Shown here: in pieces, positions 29,314-41,755 of the stretch
Position numbering within the stretch: position 1 is the first letter of the stretch
Layout: each line of letters opens with the position of its first letter
DNA from: Eledone cirrhosa
Taxonomy: Eukaryota
Length of the DNA: 64,000 bases
Assembly: GCA_964016885.1 (NCBI GenBank)
Contig: OZ024762.1
Coordinates: 16,058,001-16,122,000 of the forward strand
Direction: 5' to 3'
The notes under the pieces: model-generated
What the model saw: only the letters and a program-made list of their open reading frames with translations
Database searches by the model: none
Told to the model about the DNA's origin: nothing
Program-made: the position numbers and the translations under genes

Positions 29314-30172
29314 GTTTTTGCTGTTATTTCCTTCTTTCCATATCCTCCTGGGTCCCTAATTCTATTCATAATAATATTACTACTACTACAAATTACTATT
29401 ATTGCTATTTCCTTTAATGGCCAAAAGGGGGCAGAGACATTGTTGACAATACAAGTAAAGGGCAAAGCAACACAGAAATAGGGGTTTACATCCAGTAAGA
29501 AAAGGAGAGATCTCAGCAGATAAAACAGGAGATGATAATAATAATAATGCTTTCTTTATTAACCCCAAAGGGTTTACATTAAGCAAACCATTATGGCCGA
29601 CACAGGACAAAACATTGTGTTAATGTGGGGTTAATAATAATGATGTCTACTATAGACACAAGGCCAGAAATTTGGGGGAGGGGAAAGTCGATTAAATCGA
29701 TCCCAGTGCATTACTGGTACTTTATTTTATCGACTGCGAGGTTAGCTTAGCCTGATAATAATAATAATAATAATAATAATTGTTTCTACTTTAGGCACAA
29801 GGCCAGCAATTATCCCAGTGCATTACTGGTACTTTATTTTATCGGTCCCCGTAAGGATGAAAGGCAAAGTTAACCTCGGCGGGATTTGAACTCAGAATGG
29901 CAAGGGCCATAACTCTATGCGTCAAAGCAGGGCGTCCAACCCTCTACAGACACTGCCAATCCACCGAATTGTTTCTACTTTAGGCACAAGGCCAGCAATT
30001 ACCCCAGTGCATTACTGGTACTTTATTTTATCGACCCCCGTAAGGATGAAAGGCGAAGTTAACCTCGGCGGGATTTGAACTCAGACTGTAAAGGGATGTA
30101 ACTCCATACTGGAAAGCATGGCGTCCGACCCTCTACCGATACTGGAAGCTGATCATTGCAAATGTTTCTGTG

Positions 30173-30232
<60 letters not shown>

Positions 30233-30600
30233 ACAAAGAGGGAGTGATAAGATACCAGGTGGACCATAATGCACCAGAGTACTAGATACTTAGGGTCATA
30301 GGAAACGAGTCAGGATCCTGACGGCTGAGCTCTGGCCGTTTCGACAAGATCCTAGATCTCTTTTGCTTAACGAGTGGGGTGGAGCTCGTCAAATTGGACC
30401 GAGGAAACAATCTTTCCATTGGTCTTACCAATTGCTAATACTATCTCCCGGTTGCAAATCAAGGCAGAAGGAGCAATGTGAAATGAAGTGTCTTGCTCAA
30501 GGACATAACGCATCACCTGGTTCGGGAATCGAACTCACAACCTCACGATTACGATCCAGTTCTCTAACCATTCAACTACTCGCCTTCACCAATATATATA

Positions 30601-30729
30601 TATTTCTGAAGATGGCGGGTAGTGAAGACGTATGTATTTTTTCTTACTATGATATTTTGTAATATTTTACATAGATCAATAATTGAATGGACATACAGGG
30701 AACTACCCCCCAGAAACGATCGTAAAATA
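30601..30729 (+). ncRNA. Type I hammerhead-like motif with long stem II loop
   Basis: tattt-CTGAAGA-tggcgggtagt...actacccccca-GAAA-c(gatc)gTA-aaata. Stem II pairs at 10 of 11 positions, and the stem III loop GATC is palindromic. Confidence 0.68.
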
Positions 30730-30975
30730 ATGAGTTTTACTATGAATTAACCGTTTTTTGTTTAATTTCATTGTTTTAATATTTCTATTTTTGACTCTGT
30801 ATCCAATGAATTATATCGTTGAAAATTTTGTGTATTTTAAACTTTGCTTTACGACATCTACATACAGATTACATTGAGTTCTTCATACGGTTTAGACCCT
30901 ACCATTGATTGGTAGATTTATCTGTATATATATATATAATGAAGGAAGTTGGTAGATCTATCTGTATATATATAT

Positions 30976-31188
30976 ATAATGAAGGAAGTGTGGTAAGGAA
31001 CCAGGTGGGCCATACATAACGCACCAGAGTACTCTCAATACTTAGGGTAGTAGCGTGGGTAATAGGAAAATGTTCAAGACCCCGACGGCAGAGCTCAAGC
31101 CGTTTCGATGGCTATTTCTTGACTGAGTCCAGAAATAGCCGTCGAGACGGCTTGAGCTCTGCCGTCGGGGTCTTGAACATTTTCCCAT
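30976..31188. mobile_element. Palindromic insert family P
   Basis: Tail plus inverted arms at ~31062-31188, flanked by (TA)n. Confidence 0.6.
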
Positions 31189-31498
31189 ATATATATATAT
31201 ATATATATCATCATCATCATCATTTAATGTCTATCTTCCACTCTAGCATGTGTTTAGATGGGAATTGTCCTACTTGAGGTAAGATTGGTCGGGTGACCAT
31301 GTCTCACTCGTATAGGACTGTCTGGCAGGTTTTCTACGGCTGGATGCCCTTCCTAACACCAACCACGGTTTACAGTGTGGACTGGGAGCTTTTTACCGTG
31401 TTACCTACACGGCCACATTACAGCGTGGACTGTGTTTTTTTGTCTTGACACCTACACACGTCCTCATTTATTTTGGACTGGATGTTGTGGTACCAACA

Positions 31499-31537
<39 letters not shown>

Positions 31538-32130
31538 TCATCATCATCATCATCATCAGGTTTAGCGTCCGTGTTCCACGCTTGCATGGGTTTGGACGGG
31601 GGTTTTCCCACTTGAGGCAAGAGTGGTTGTCTTGCTCGCATAGGACTGTCTGGCGGGTTTTCTACAGTTGGATGCCCTTCCCAACACCAACCACATTTAC
31701 AGTGTGGGGCTGGGAGGTTTTTACCGTGTTGCCTACACGGCCACATTACAGCGTGGACTGTCTGGCGGGTTTTCTACAGCTGGATGCCCTTCCTAACACC
31801 AACCACATTTACAGTGTGGGGCTGGGAGGTTTTTACCGTGTTGCCTACACGGCCACATTTACAGCGTGGACTGTGTGTTTTTTGTCGTGACACCTACACG
31901 ATCTCATTTGTTTCGGCCTGGATGTTGTGGGACCAACATAACTTACATTGAAAGGGGCGGTGTGGATGGGGTGGAGGTGGTGGGACGGGGGGGTGTTTTG
32001 ATAGAGATGCCTTCTGACTGTAGTAGGTTTTTACTTTGTATTTAGGTAAGGCGGGTCTTCTCTATTACTGAGTACCGCCAAAGGTCTCGGTCCAGTGACA
32101 TTGTCTTGGAGAGGTGTAAGCGTATACACA

Positions 32131-32483
32131 CAATATATTAACAAATGGAAACAATATTTATAAAACCATATTTATTTCATTATACATATTTCAAGGGCCA
32201 TCACGGCAGATTATGGTGCGCTTTCATCAGATAAAATATAATATAGATTAGTTTTATAAATAAATATTGACATACCCTGAAAAAATGCACCCTTCACTAG
32301 CCAGGAGACTCCAACCGTGAAGGTTGCATTTTTTCAGGGTATGTCAATATTTATTTATAAAACTAATCTATATTATATTTTATCTGATGAAAGCGCACCA
32401 TAATCTGCCGTGGTGGCCCTTGAAATATGTATAATGAAATAAATATGGTTTTATAAATATAGTTTCCATTTGTTAATATATTG
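32131..32483. repeat. Long inverted repeat (~167-bp arms, ~19-nt spacer) carrying two opposed hammerhead-like motifs
   Basis: 32131-32297 is the reverse complement of 32317-32483 with few mismatches. Same family as 7391-7739. Confidence 0.85.
32376..32441 (+). ncRNA. Type I hammerhead-like motif, family C (inverted copy at 32173-32238)
   Basis: tattttat-CTGATGA-aagcgcacca...tggtggccctt-GAAA-tatgtaTA-atgaaata. Homologous to 7631-7696. Confidence 0.7.
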
Positions 32484-33339
32484 TTTACTTACTCCAATAA
32501 TTTGTTGAGTGCTTTATATCAGTTATAAAAATATTTTGCTTGTTGTATCCCAACAAATTAAATATAACCTCTACATATATATATATACATATATATAGTT
32601 TGTGGTGGTGTCAATGACCTGTCTTCAAGTTGTACTATTATATATAGAGAGGGAGGAGACAGAGACAGAGGAGGAAGGGAGTTCCATACATTGAAAACAT
32701 GGGGAGAAGGAAGAGTGCTTAACTCTGTATTGTTATTTCATATTCTTAACTTCCTTAATTTCTCTTTCTTTCTCTCTATCTTACTGTATCACTCCCACTC
32801 TCTTACTTCCCACTTACACTCCCACTCTCTTACTTCCCACTTACACTCTCTTACTCCTCCTTACTCTTTCTTTCTCTCTCTCTCTCTCTCTCACTTTCTC
32901 TTACTACTCTCTCTGACTGTTACTCTGCGACTCCCTCTCTCTCTCTCCTACTCCCCCTTGCTCTCTTTCTTACTCTCATTCTCTCTCTCTCTCTCTCTCT
33001 TCTATAAAAGAACATTTTTATCTGGGAATATGATATTGATTTCGGGGTATAAAATAAATAAAATACATGGTCACCTGACCTAGCATTGCTCACAACAGGA
33101 TAACACGTCTAACCCATGCCAGCGTGGAAAAATGGATGTTACACAGTGATGATGATGATGATGATGAGTAGTCAGTGAATTAACAGAGGTGTTAAAACAT
33201 GGGACGGAATACTTTCTGGTATTCGTTCCAGCTCTCTGCTCTCCGAGTTCAAATCCCAGCAAAGTCAACTTTGCCTTTCATCCTTTCGAGGTTGATATAA
33301 ATAAAAGTCCCAGTCTAGTACTAGGGAAGATTCTTCCTC

Positions 33340-34212
33340 CTATCATCATCATCATCATCATCATCATCATCTTACCTAGCATGGGTTAGATGGGTTGTCC
33401 TGTTGTGGGCAGTGTCTGGTCGGCTGACCTTGCCTTGCTCATACGGGAACTGATTCTGGCTTGATTTCTACAGCTGGATGCCCTTCCTAACACCAACCTC
33501 ATTTACAGTGAGTGCTGCGTGCTTTTTTCCGTGGCGCCTACATGTCCACTTTGCAGTGGGAGGATGTGGGGGCATATTGTCTATATGCTTCAGCTTCGGC
33601 TTGTACCCGTGTGGGGTCCGGTCTTCTGTGTTACTGTGTGACGCCAGAGGTCACGGTCGTGTGTCATTGCTCTTAAAAGGTGCAATTGAGTAAGGTAGGC
33701 CTTTATCACCTCATCCCCGGTCTTCTTGGGTCTCCCCACTTCATGGCTTCCTTCGACTTCTAGTGCTCTGCACCTTTTTATGCAGCTGTCATCCTTCATA
33801 CGCATCACATGTCCATACCAACGTAACCTCCTCTCCTGCACGCAGCATTTGATTCCTCTGATGCTCAGTCTCTCTCTCTCTCTCAATTCGTTTATGCTTT
33901 CCCGTTCGCGTATATTACTATTACACATCCATCGGAGCAAGCAGCCTTCGTTTCTTTCTAATCTGCGCAAGTCTTCTACAGACAGCGCCCAGGTTTCACT
34001 TCCATGTAACATTGCTGTTCATATACATGCATCATACAGTCTGCCTTTCATTTTGAGGGAAAAGCCTTTTGTAGCTAGCAGTGGCAGTAGCTCCCTGAAC
34101 TTCTTCCATCCCGTTCTTACCCTAGTTATTGTACTTTCCGAACACCCACCTCCACTGCTAATTCGGTCACCTAGGTAGCAGAAGCTGTCTACTGTTTCTA
34201 CAGAGCCCTCCC
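33340..34212 (-). mobile_element. RTE-clade LINE, 5'-truncated
   Basis: ORF 33590-34012 reads MLHGSETWAL..RRLRWYGHVMRMKDD..GRPKKT. It is followed by a 3' UTR ending in the (CAT)n tract on the + strand. Confidence 0.9.
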
Positions 34213-34817
34213 ATATATCTCTTTTTCTCCATTCTCACACTATCTCTTTCTCTCTCTGGAAGAAGTTGGATGTCTTCAAAGATGGGCTCTTCTATGGTTA
34301 AAGTGCCCTAGATATGTATATCACTAAGGTGTCCCCTACAACTTCATCGGTAGGATTATGTGTCCCCCTGAGGGTCGGTTGAAAAGTTCATAAACTGACC
34401 AAGATACTCTCATGGAATGACCAAATGAGGTTTATTTTTCAACATAGTCCCTAGAAAGAAACAATGCAGTTATTAATAAGAAGAGTTGAAATTAATGCTT
34501 GCAAGATTTCACAGCTCTAGCATCACTCCTTCATAGTCAATTTCGTTGGATTGATTACCCCAACTCATTACTCATTCAGCCTGTCATAAAAAGAAAACAG
34601 TTCTAACTAATTATATTTAACTTGTACTATGGACTGAGTGCTCTAAACTCATATTTGTACTGCAGCATGTCTTAGTGGTTAGGGCATTGGGCTTGCAATC
34701 GTGAGGTTGTGAGTTCGATTTTCAGATGGGGTGTTGCATTGTGTCCTTGAGCAACAACAGTTAGTTCACCATACCAAGAACAATTGCTTCACCTTGTGGA
34801 CCTTCAGCTCGGAGTGT

Positions 34818-34856
34818 CTGAGCTGAAGATCCACAAGGTGAAACAATTGTTCTCAG
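34818..34856 (+). ncRNA. Minimal type I hammerhead-like motif
   Basis: ctgag-CTGAAGA-tcc(acaa)ggt-GAAA-c(aatt)gTT-ctcag. Stem I is ctgag/ctcag, the AATT loop is palindromic, and a degenerate inverted copy lies immediately upstream. Confidence 0.62.
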
Positions 34857-36619
34857 TATGGTGAACTAACTATTGTGTTACTACTTCTACCAAACTCGTC
34901 CCATGGACTGAGTGCTCTACTACTACGGATATAACCCTCCAGTGTTCTACCTTTATATAGCTTAGTGGCTAGAGCATTGGGCTTGCAATCGAAAGGTTGT
35001 GAGTTCAATACTCAGACCGGGTGATGTGTTGTTTCCTTGAGCAAGACACTTTATTTCACATTGCTCCAGTTTACTCAGCTGTAGAAATAAGATGATAGGA
35101 CTGGGATCCATATCATTCCACTGTAAGGTGGTCGTGGAGGTGCCACGGCAAAAAAGCAGCCAGCACTCACTGTAAATGAGGTTGATGTTAGGAAGGGCAT
35201 CCAGCTGTAGAAATCAATCCAGAATCAGTTCCTGTATGAGCAAGACAAGGTCAGCCGACCGGACACTGCCCACTACAGGATAACCCGTCTAACCCATGCT
35301 AGCGTGGAAGAACGGACGTAAAACAGTGATGATGATGATATATATAATTGCTTGTGTGTAGTTATGTGTGTATGTATATTACATATGTTTGTAAGTAGTT
35401 ATATAGCTAGGTGTGTGTATGTGTAATTATATAGCTGTATGTGTGTATTATTAATAAGGGGAAGCATGACTAGCAGCAGTAGTATTGAATGGTTATTGAA
35501 AGAGTCGGTCACGCTTGAGTGATTTCACTGAAGGTATAGTAATTAGTTTGGTGGCCATGTTTAAAATATACTTGCTTCTCCTCAATATATCTGGTGGTGA
35601 AATAGTTCTGGAGTAGGGGCTGCAGTATACACTGTACACCCCCTTCGCTAACCCAGGATGGTGGTTTAGGGGTTGCAATATATACTATACCCCCCCCCCC
35701 CCCCCTCCACTAGCCCTGTGGTGGTGGTGGTGGTGGTGGTGTATGTAGGGGCTTGCAATAGAACTTCCTTCTTAATGTGTGTGTGGGGGGTGGAGGAGAG
35801 GGGGTGCAATATGAACACCTTTCTTGCCCCTGAATGGGGGTGATGTGGGGTAAGCTGGTAATACCATGACCCCTGCCAATGTGTAGTGTGTATGGGTGGG
35901 GTGGGGGTCAATAGCAATATCATGGCCCCTGCTACTGTGTGAGAGGGAGCTGCTGTGTGTGTCTGGGGAGTGGAGTAGGAACCTAAACCACCCCTTACCT
36001 TTGACTGGTGTGTGAGGAGGGAGGTGTGTGGGGAGGAAGGCCAGTAATTATACCAGTACATTACTGGTACTTTATTTTATCAAGCCCGTAAGGATGAAAG
36101 GCCAAGTTAACACTCAGAATGGCAAGGGCCGTAACTCTATGCGTCAAAGCATGGCGTCCGACTCTCTACCGATACTGCCAAATAAATAAAATCGTTAATT
36201 TATATATAATAAATAATATAATATATACTATGCATAAACCAGTATTATATATATTTTTTATTTTACTATATTTATATATAATATGTATCATTTGATATGT
36301 TATATACTATTATATCATCTCTACCACCCCTGCTCCCTTAGGACCCAGCACCTCCATGGATCTTTTCAACACCTCCCTGGAGGTGGTGGCACCCACTTTG
36401 AGAACCTCGCTTGGCATCTGAGAGATGTGGGAATTTGATCCCTCACAGTTTCATCAGCTGTCCCTTTATTTTTGTCTGCAGGTGGTGTGGGTACTTTATT
36501 AAATTTTCTCAGCTATTATTTATAGCGATTGATTATTATTATAATCGTTTGCACTGGGGGACACACATATCAAATTTCAATTTTTCCCAATGCTTCTTCA
36601 GTCCCCCAGAATATGATTG

Positions 36620-38570
36620 CGAATACAAGCGGCTGAGATGGGATTCCTCTGAAGGGTCTTTGGAGTAACATTACTCGATAAAGTGTGTAGCTCGGAGATC
36701 AGAGAGTCACTCCGAATTGAGAGATCACAGCTCTAATACTATGGACATGGGGTTAGAATGTCTTAGGAAAGAATCACTGGACAGATTTGTAGCTCTGAGA
36801 TCAGAGAGTCACTCCAGGTAGAGCTGCTACTTCTCCGAATTGAGAGATCACAGCTCTGATACTATGGACATGTGGTTAGAATGTCTAAGGAAAGAATCAC
36901 TGGACAGATTTGTAGCTCTGAGATCAGAGAGTCACTCCAGGTAGAGCTGCTACTTCTCCGAATTGAGAGATCACAGCTCTGATACTATGGACATGTGGTT
37001 AGAATGTCTTAGGAAAGGATCGCTGGACAGATTTGTAGCTCTGAGATCAGAGAGTCACTCCAGGTAGAGCTGCTACTTCTCCGAATTGAGAGATCACAGC
37101 TCTGATACTATGGACATGTGGTTAGAATGTCTTAGGAAAGGATCACTGGACAGATTTGTAGCTCTGAGATCAGAGAGTCACTCCAGGTAGAGCTGCTACT
37201 TCTCCGAATTGAGAGATCACAGCTCCGATACTATGGACATGTGGTTAGAATGTCTAAGGAAAGAATCACTGGACAGATTTGTAGCTTGGAGATCAGAGAG
37301 TCACTCCAGGTAGAGCTGCTACTTCTCCGAATTGAGAGATTACATCTCTGATACTATGGACATGTGGTTATAATGTCTAAGGAAAGAATCACTGGACAGA
37401 TTTGTAGCTCTGAGATCAGAGAGTCACTCCAGGTAGAGCTGCTACTTCTCCGAATTGAGAGATCACAGCTCTGATACTATGGACATGTGGTTAGAATGTC
37501 TAAGGAAAGAATCACTGGACAGATTTGTAGCTCTGAGATCAGAGAGTCACTCCAGGTAGAGCTGCTACTTCTCCGAATTGAGAGATCACAGCTCTGATAC
37601 TATGGACATGTGGTTAGAATGTGTCAGGAAAGAATCACTGGACAGATTTGTAGCTTGGAGATCAGAGAGTCACTCCAGGTAGAGCTGCTACTTCTCCGAA
37701 TTGAGAGATTACATCTCTGATACTATGGACATGTGGTTATAATGTCTAAGGAAAGAATCACTGGACAGATTTGTAGCTCTGAGATCAGAGTGTCACTCCA
37801 GGTAGAGCTGCTACTTCTCCGAATTGAGAGATCACAGCTCCGATACTATGGACATGTGGTTAGAATGTCTAAGGAAAGAATCACTGGACAGATTTGTAGC
37901 TTGGAGATCAGAGAGTCACTCCAGGTAGAGCTGCTACTTCTCCGAATTGAGAGATTACATCTCTGATACTATGGACATGTGGTTATAATGTCTAAGGAAA
38001 GAATCACTGGACAGATTTGTAGCTCTGAGATCAGAGAGTCACTCCAGGTAGAGCTGCTACTTCTCCGAATTGAGAGATCACAGCTCTGATACTATGGACA
38101 TGTGGTTAGAATGTCTCAGGAAAGAATCACTGGACAGATTTGTAGCTAGGAGATCAGAGAGTCACTCCAGGTAGAGCTGCTACTTCTCCGAATTGAGAGA
38201 TTACATCTCTGATACTATGGACATGTGGTTAGAATGTCTCAGGAAATAATCACTGGACAGATTTGTAGCTTGGAGATCAGAGAGTCACTCCAGGTAGAGC
38301 TGCTACTTCTCCGAATTGAGAGATTACAGCTCCGATACTATGGACATGTGGTTAGAATGTCTCAGGAAAGAATCGCTGGACAGATTTTACAGGCCAAACC
38401 AACAGGCAGGACACCCAGGGGTAGACTCTGAGTAAGATGGTTGGATAAAATTCATGAGCTTGGTGAACCAGCCGGATCAATTGGAGACAGTTGCTTCTGA
38501 GAGGACTTGTTGGAAGGAATGTCTCAGGACTCTGTCCCCTCCACGACCCTCTCAGGAATAAGTAGGCGAA
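36620..38570 (+). repeat. RTE-like LINE fragment expanded into ~14 tandem copies of a 123-bp unit
   Basis: tcagagagtcactcc recurs at 36801, 36924, 37047 and onward (123-bp period). The last unit runs into GQILQAKPTGRTPRGR. Confidence 0.9.
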
Positions 38571-38689
38571 GAAGAATCTTCTTAAGTCAACCTGTTGTGT
38601 ATAGATAGACAGATAGATATAGATATTCTTACATATACACACTCTTATAAATATACTTATGTCTATACACACACCAATGAATATACTTA

Positions 38690-39758
38690 CATATCACAGG
38701 TAAGCTAACTAAGAACATAGATTTTACATGTGGCCGGTGTTCTGGTGCAATAAGTAGCAGCAAGTGCCCACAAAATACTAGCTCTTTCAATTGCGCAGAG
38801 GGTTCTATAGAAATAGTGGACAGCTTCCGTTACCTGGGCGATAAAATCAGCAGTGGGGGAGGGTGCTCTGAAAGTACTGTAGCCAGAGTCAGAACGGGAT
38901 GGGAAAAGTTCAGAGAGCTTATACCACTATTGGCCGCTAAAGGGTTCTCCCTAAAAATGAAAGGCAGGTTGTACGATGCCTGCATACGAACAGCAATGTT
39001 GCATGGCAGTGAGACCTGGGCATTGTGAGCAGAGGATATACGCAGACTAGAGAGGAACGAAGCTTGCATGCTCCGCTGGATGTGTAACAGTAATATACGT
39101 GAACGGCAAAGCATAAACGAACTAAGGAAAAAATTAGAGATAAGAGGGATCAGATGTTGTTTACTCGAGAGAAGGCTACGTTGGTATGGACACGTGATGC
39201 GCATGAAGGACGATAGCTGTATAACAAAGTGCAGGGCAATAAAGATAGACGGTAGCCACGGAATAGGCAGACCTAGAAAAACCTGGGACGAGCTGATAAA
39301 CTCCGACCTCACACACTTACACCTCTCCAAGACAATGTCACTGGACCGAGACCTTTGGCGGTACTCAGTAACAGAGAAGACCCGCCTTGCCAGTAGGCAT
39401 CTCTAACAAAATACACCCCGTCCCACCACCACCCCCACCCCATCCACACCACCCCGTTCTATGTAAAGTTATGTTGGTGCCGCGCCATCCAGGCCGAAAC
39501 AAATGAGATCGTGTAGGTGTCACGACAAAAAAACACACAGTCCACGCTGTAATGTGGCCGTGTAGGCAACACGGTAAAAACCTCCCAGACCCACACTGTA
39601 AATGTGGTTGGTGTTAGGAAGGGCATCCAACTGTAGAAAACCTGCCAGACAGTCCTATGCGAGCAAGACAATCACTCTTGCCTCAAGTGGGACTACCCCC
39701 GTCCAAACCCATGCAAGCGTGGAACACGGACGTTAAACGTTGATGATGATGATGATGA
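38690..39758 (+). mobile_element. RTE-clade LINE, 5'-truncated (RT C-terminus plus 3' UTR)
   Basis: DSFRYLGD..MLHGSETW..LRWMC..RRLRWYGHVMRM..GRPRKTW in a single frame with one internal stop at 39026-39028. Ends in a (GAT)n tail. Confidence 0.9.
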
Positions 39759-39759
39759 T

Positions 39760-40449
39760 ACACACACCAATGAATATACTTACATATACACACACACTCC
39801 AATGAATATACTTACATATACACACACACTCCAATGAATATACTTACATACACACACACCAATGAATATACTTACATATACACACACACTCCAATGAATA
39901 TACTTACATATACACACACACACCAATGAATATACTTACATATACACACACACACTAATGAATATACTTACATATACACACACACTCCAATGAATATACT
40001 TACATATACACACACCAAGGAATATACTTACATATACACACACTAATGAATATACTTACATATACACACTAATGAATATACTTACATATACACACACCAA
40101 GGAATATACTTACATATACACACACTAATGAATATACTTACATATACAAACACTAATGAATATACTTACATATACACACACCAATGAATATACTTACATA
40201 TACACACCAATGAATATATTTACATACACTCACCAATGAATATATTTACATACATACACACACACACTAATGAATATACTTACATATACACACACCAATG
40301 AATATACTTACATATAAACACACACTAATGAATATACTCACATATACACACACCAATGAATATACTTACATATACACACACACACCAATGAATATACTTA
40401 CATATACACACACCAATGAATATATTTACATACACACACCAATGAATAT

Positions 40450-40460
<11 letters not shown>
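39760..40460. repeat. ~30-bp degenerate minisatellite
   Basis: Unit ccaatgaatatacttacatata(ca)n. A single copy also precedes the RTE at ~38670. Confidence 0.85.
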
Positions 40461-40525
<65 letters not shown>

Positions 40526-41008
40526 ATGAATGTCATAAAACTGGTACATTTAGAAAATTAATTTATCTCAAAGGAGAGAATTTGCTTTTCGATACCCCTA
40601 CCCACTCTTATCTTTTCATAATTCCACCTCCAATTCTACCCCAGCTCTCAATTATCTTTCCATAAATCCTACCCACATATCTACCCCAACCTACTCTCAT
40701 ATTTTCATAATTCACCCCACATATCTACCCTAACTTTCACTCATCTTTATTAATATATCTTTTCAATGGTAGACATAAAACACTTCTTTCAATTTTCCTT
40801 TCCTTTATTTTGCTGTTCTTGTATTTTCTTCTTTTACTTGTGAGCTTATTTCACTTAGCTTCAGTAATTTTGTTGCTGTCAATAATAAAAGCCATTCTTC
40901 ACTTTAAAAGATGTCATCTCTCTCCCTATCTTATCTATTAGCTAAATCTTGGTTTCTTGTTGCTTGCTTGCTCTACCATTTGTAGTTCCCAGCTCATACA
41001 ATGTAACC

Positions 41009-41040
<32 letters not shown>

Positions 41041-41077
41041 TCACAACTTGTTCTTTTATTCTTATATTATTTTACTA

Positions 41078-41470
41078 GGGCAGTGGATTGGCAGTATCGG
41101 TAGAGGGTCGGACGCCATGCTTTCCAGCATAGTTACGTCCCTTTACGATCTGAGTTCAAATCCCGCCGAGGTTGACTTTGCCTTTCATCCTTACGGGGTC
41201 GATAAAATAAAGTACCAGTAATGCACTGGGTAATTGCTGGCCTTGTGCCTAAAGTAGAAACAATTATTTTACTAGGGCGGTGGATTGGCAGTATCGGTAG
41301 AGGGTCGGACACCATGCTTTGCAGCAAAGAGTTACGGCCCTTTACGGTCTGAGTTCAAATCCCGCCGAGGTTAACTTTGCCTTTCATCCTTACGGGGTCG
41401 GTAAAATAAAGTACCAGTAATACACTGGAATAATTGCTGGCTTTGTGCCAAAAGTAGAAACAATTATTTT
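41078..41470 (+). mobile_element. Two tandem copies of tRNA-related SINE family A (many more copies, e.g. 12370-12562, 13088-13275, 18050-18262, 18905-19090, 23745-24027, 29640-30145, 56570-57405)
   Basis: A-box-like tggcagtatcggtaga, B-box gagttcaaatccc, conserved body gcctttcatccttacggggtcgataaaataaagtaccag and an (ATT)n tail. Confidence 0.85.
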
Positions 41471-41755
41471 ACTTGCTTGAAAGGATGGTGGATTAGTAGA
41501 GCATCAGACAACACTGGGGTCGATTTAACACCCTTTCCTCTCACCCAAAATTGTTGGCCTTGTGCCTATATCAGAAACCATTACTCTACCTACTAAGGTT
41601 GGTAGTATTGGTAGAGCACTAGACATTATATCAATCCCTCCCCCCAGTTCTTTACTGGTACTTTATTCTATCTACTCTGGAAGGGGGACAGTTGATTTTC
41701 TTATTCTCTTCTTTTTTGCCCACTTATTCCTGGGAGGGATGTGAGTGACAGTCCT

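Noticed and set aside
33590-39406. Functional reverse transcriptase genes
   Set aside because: These are 5'-truncated fragments lacking the catalytic RT core; the 38.7-kb copy also has an internal stop.
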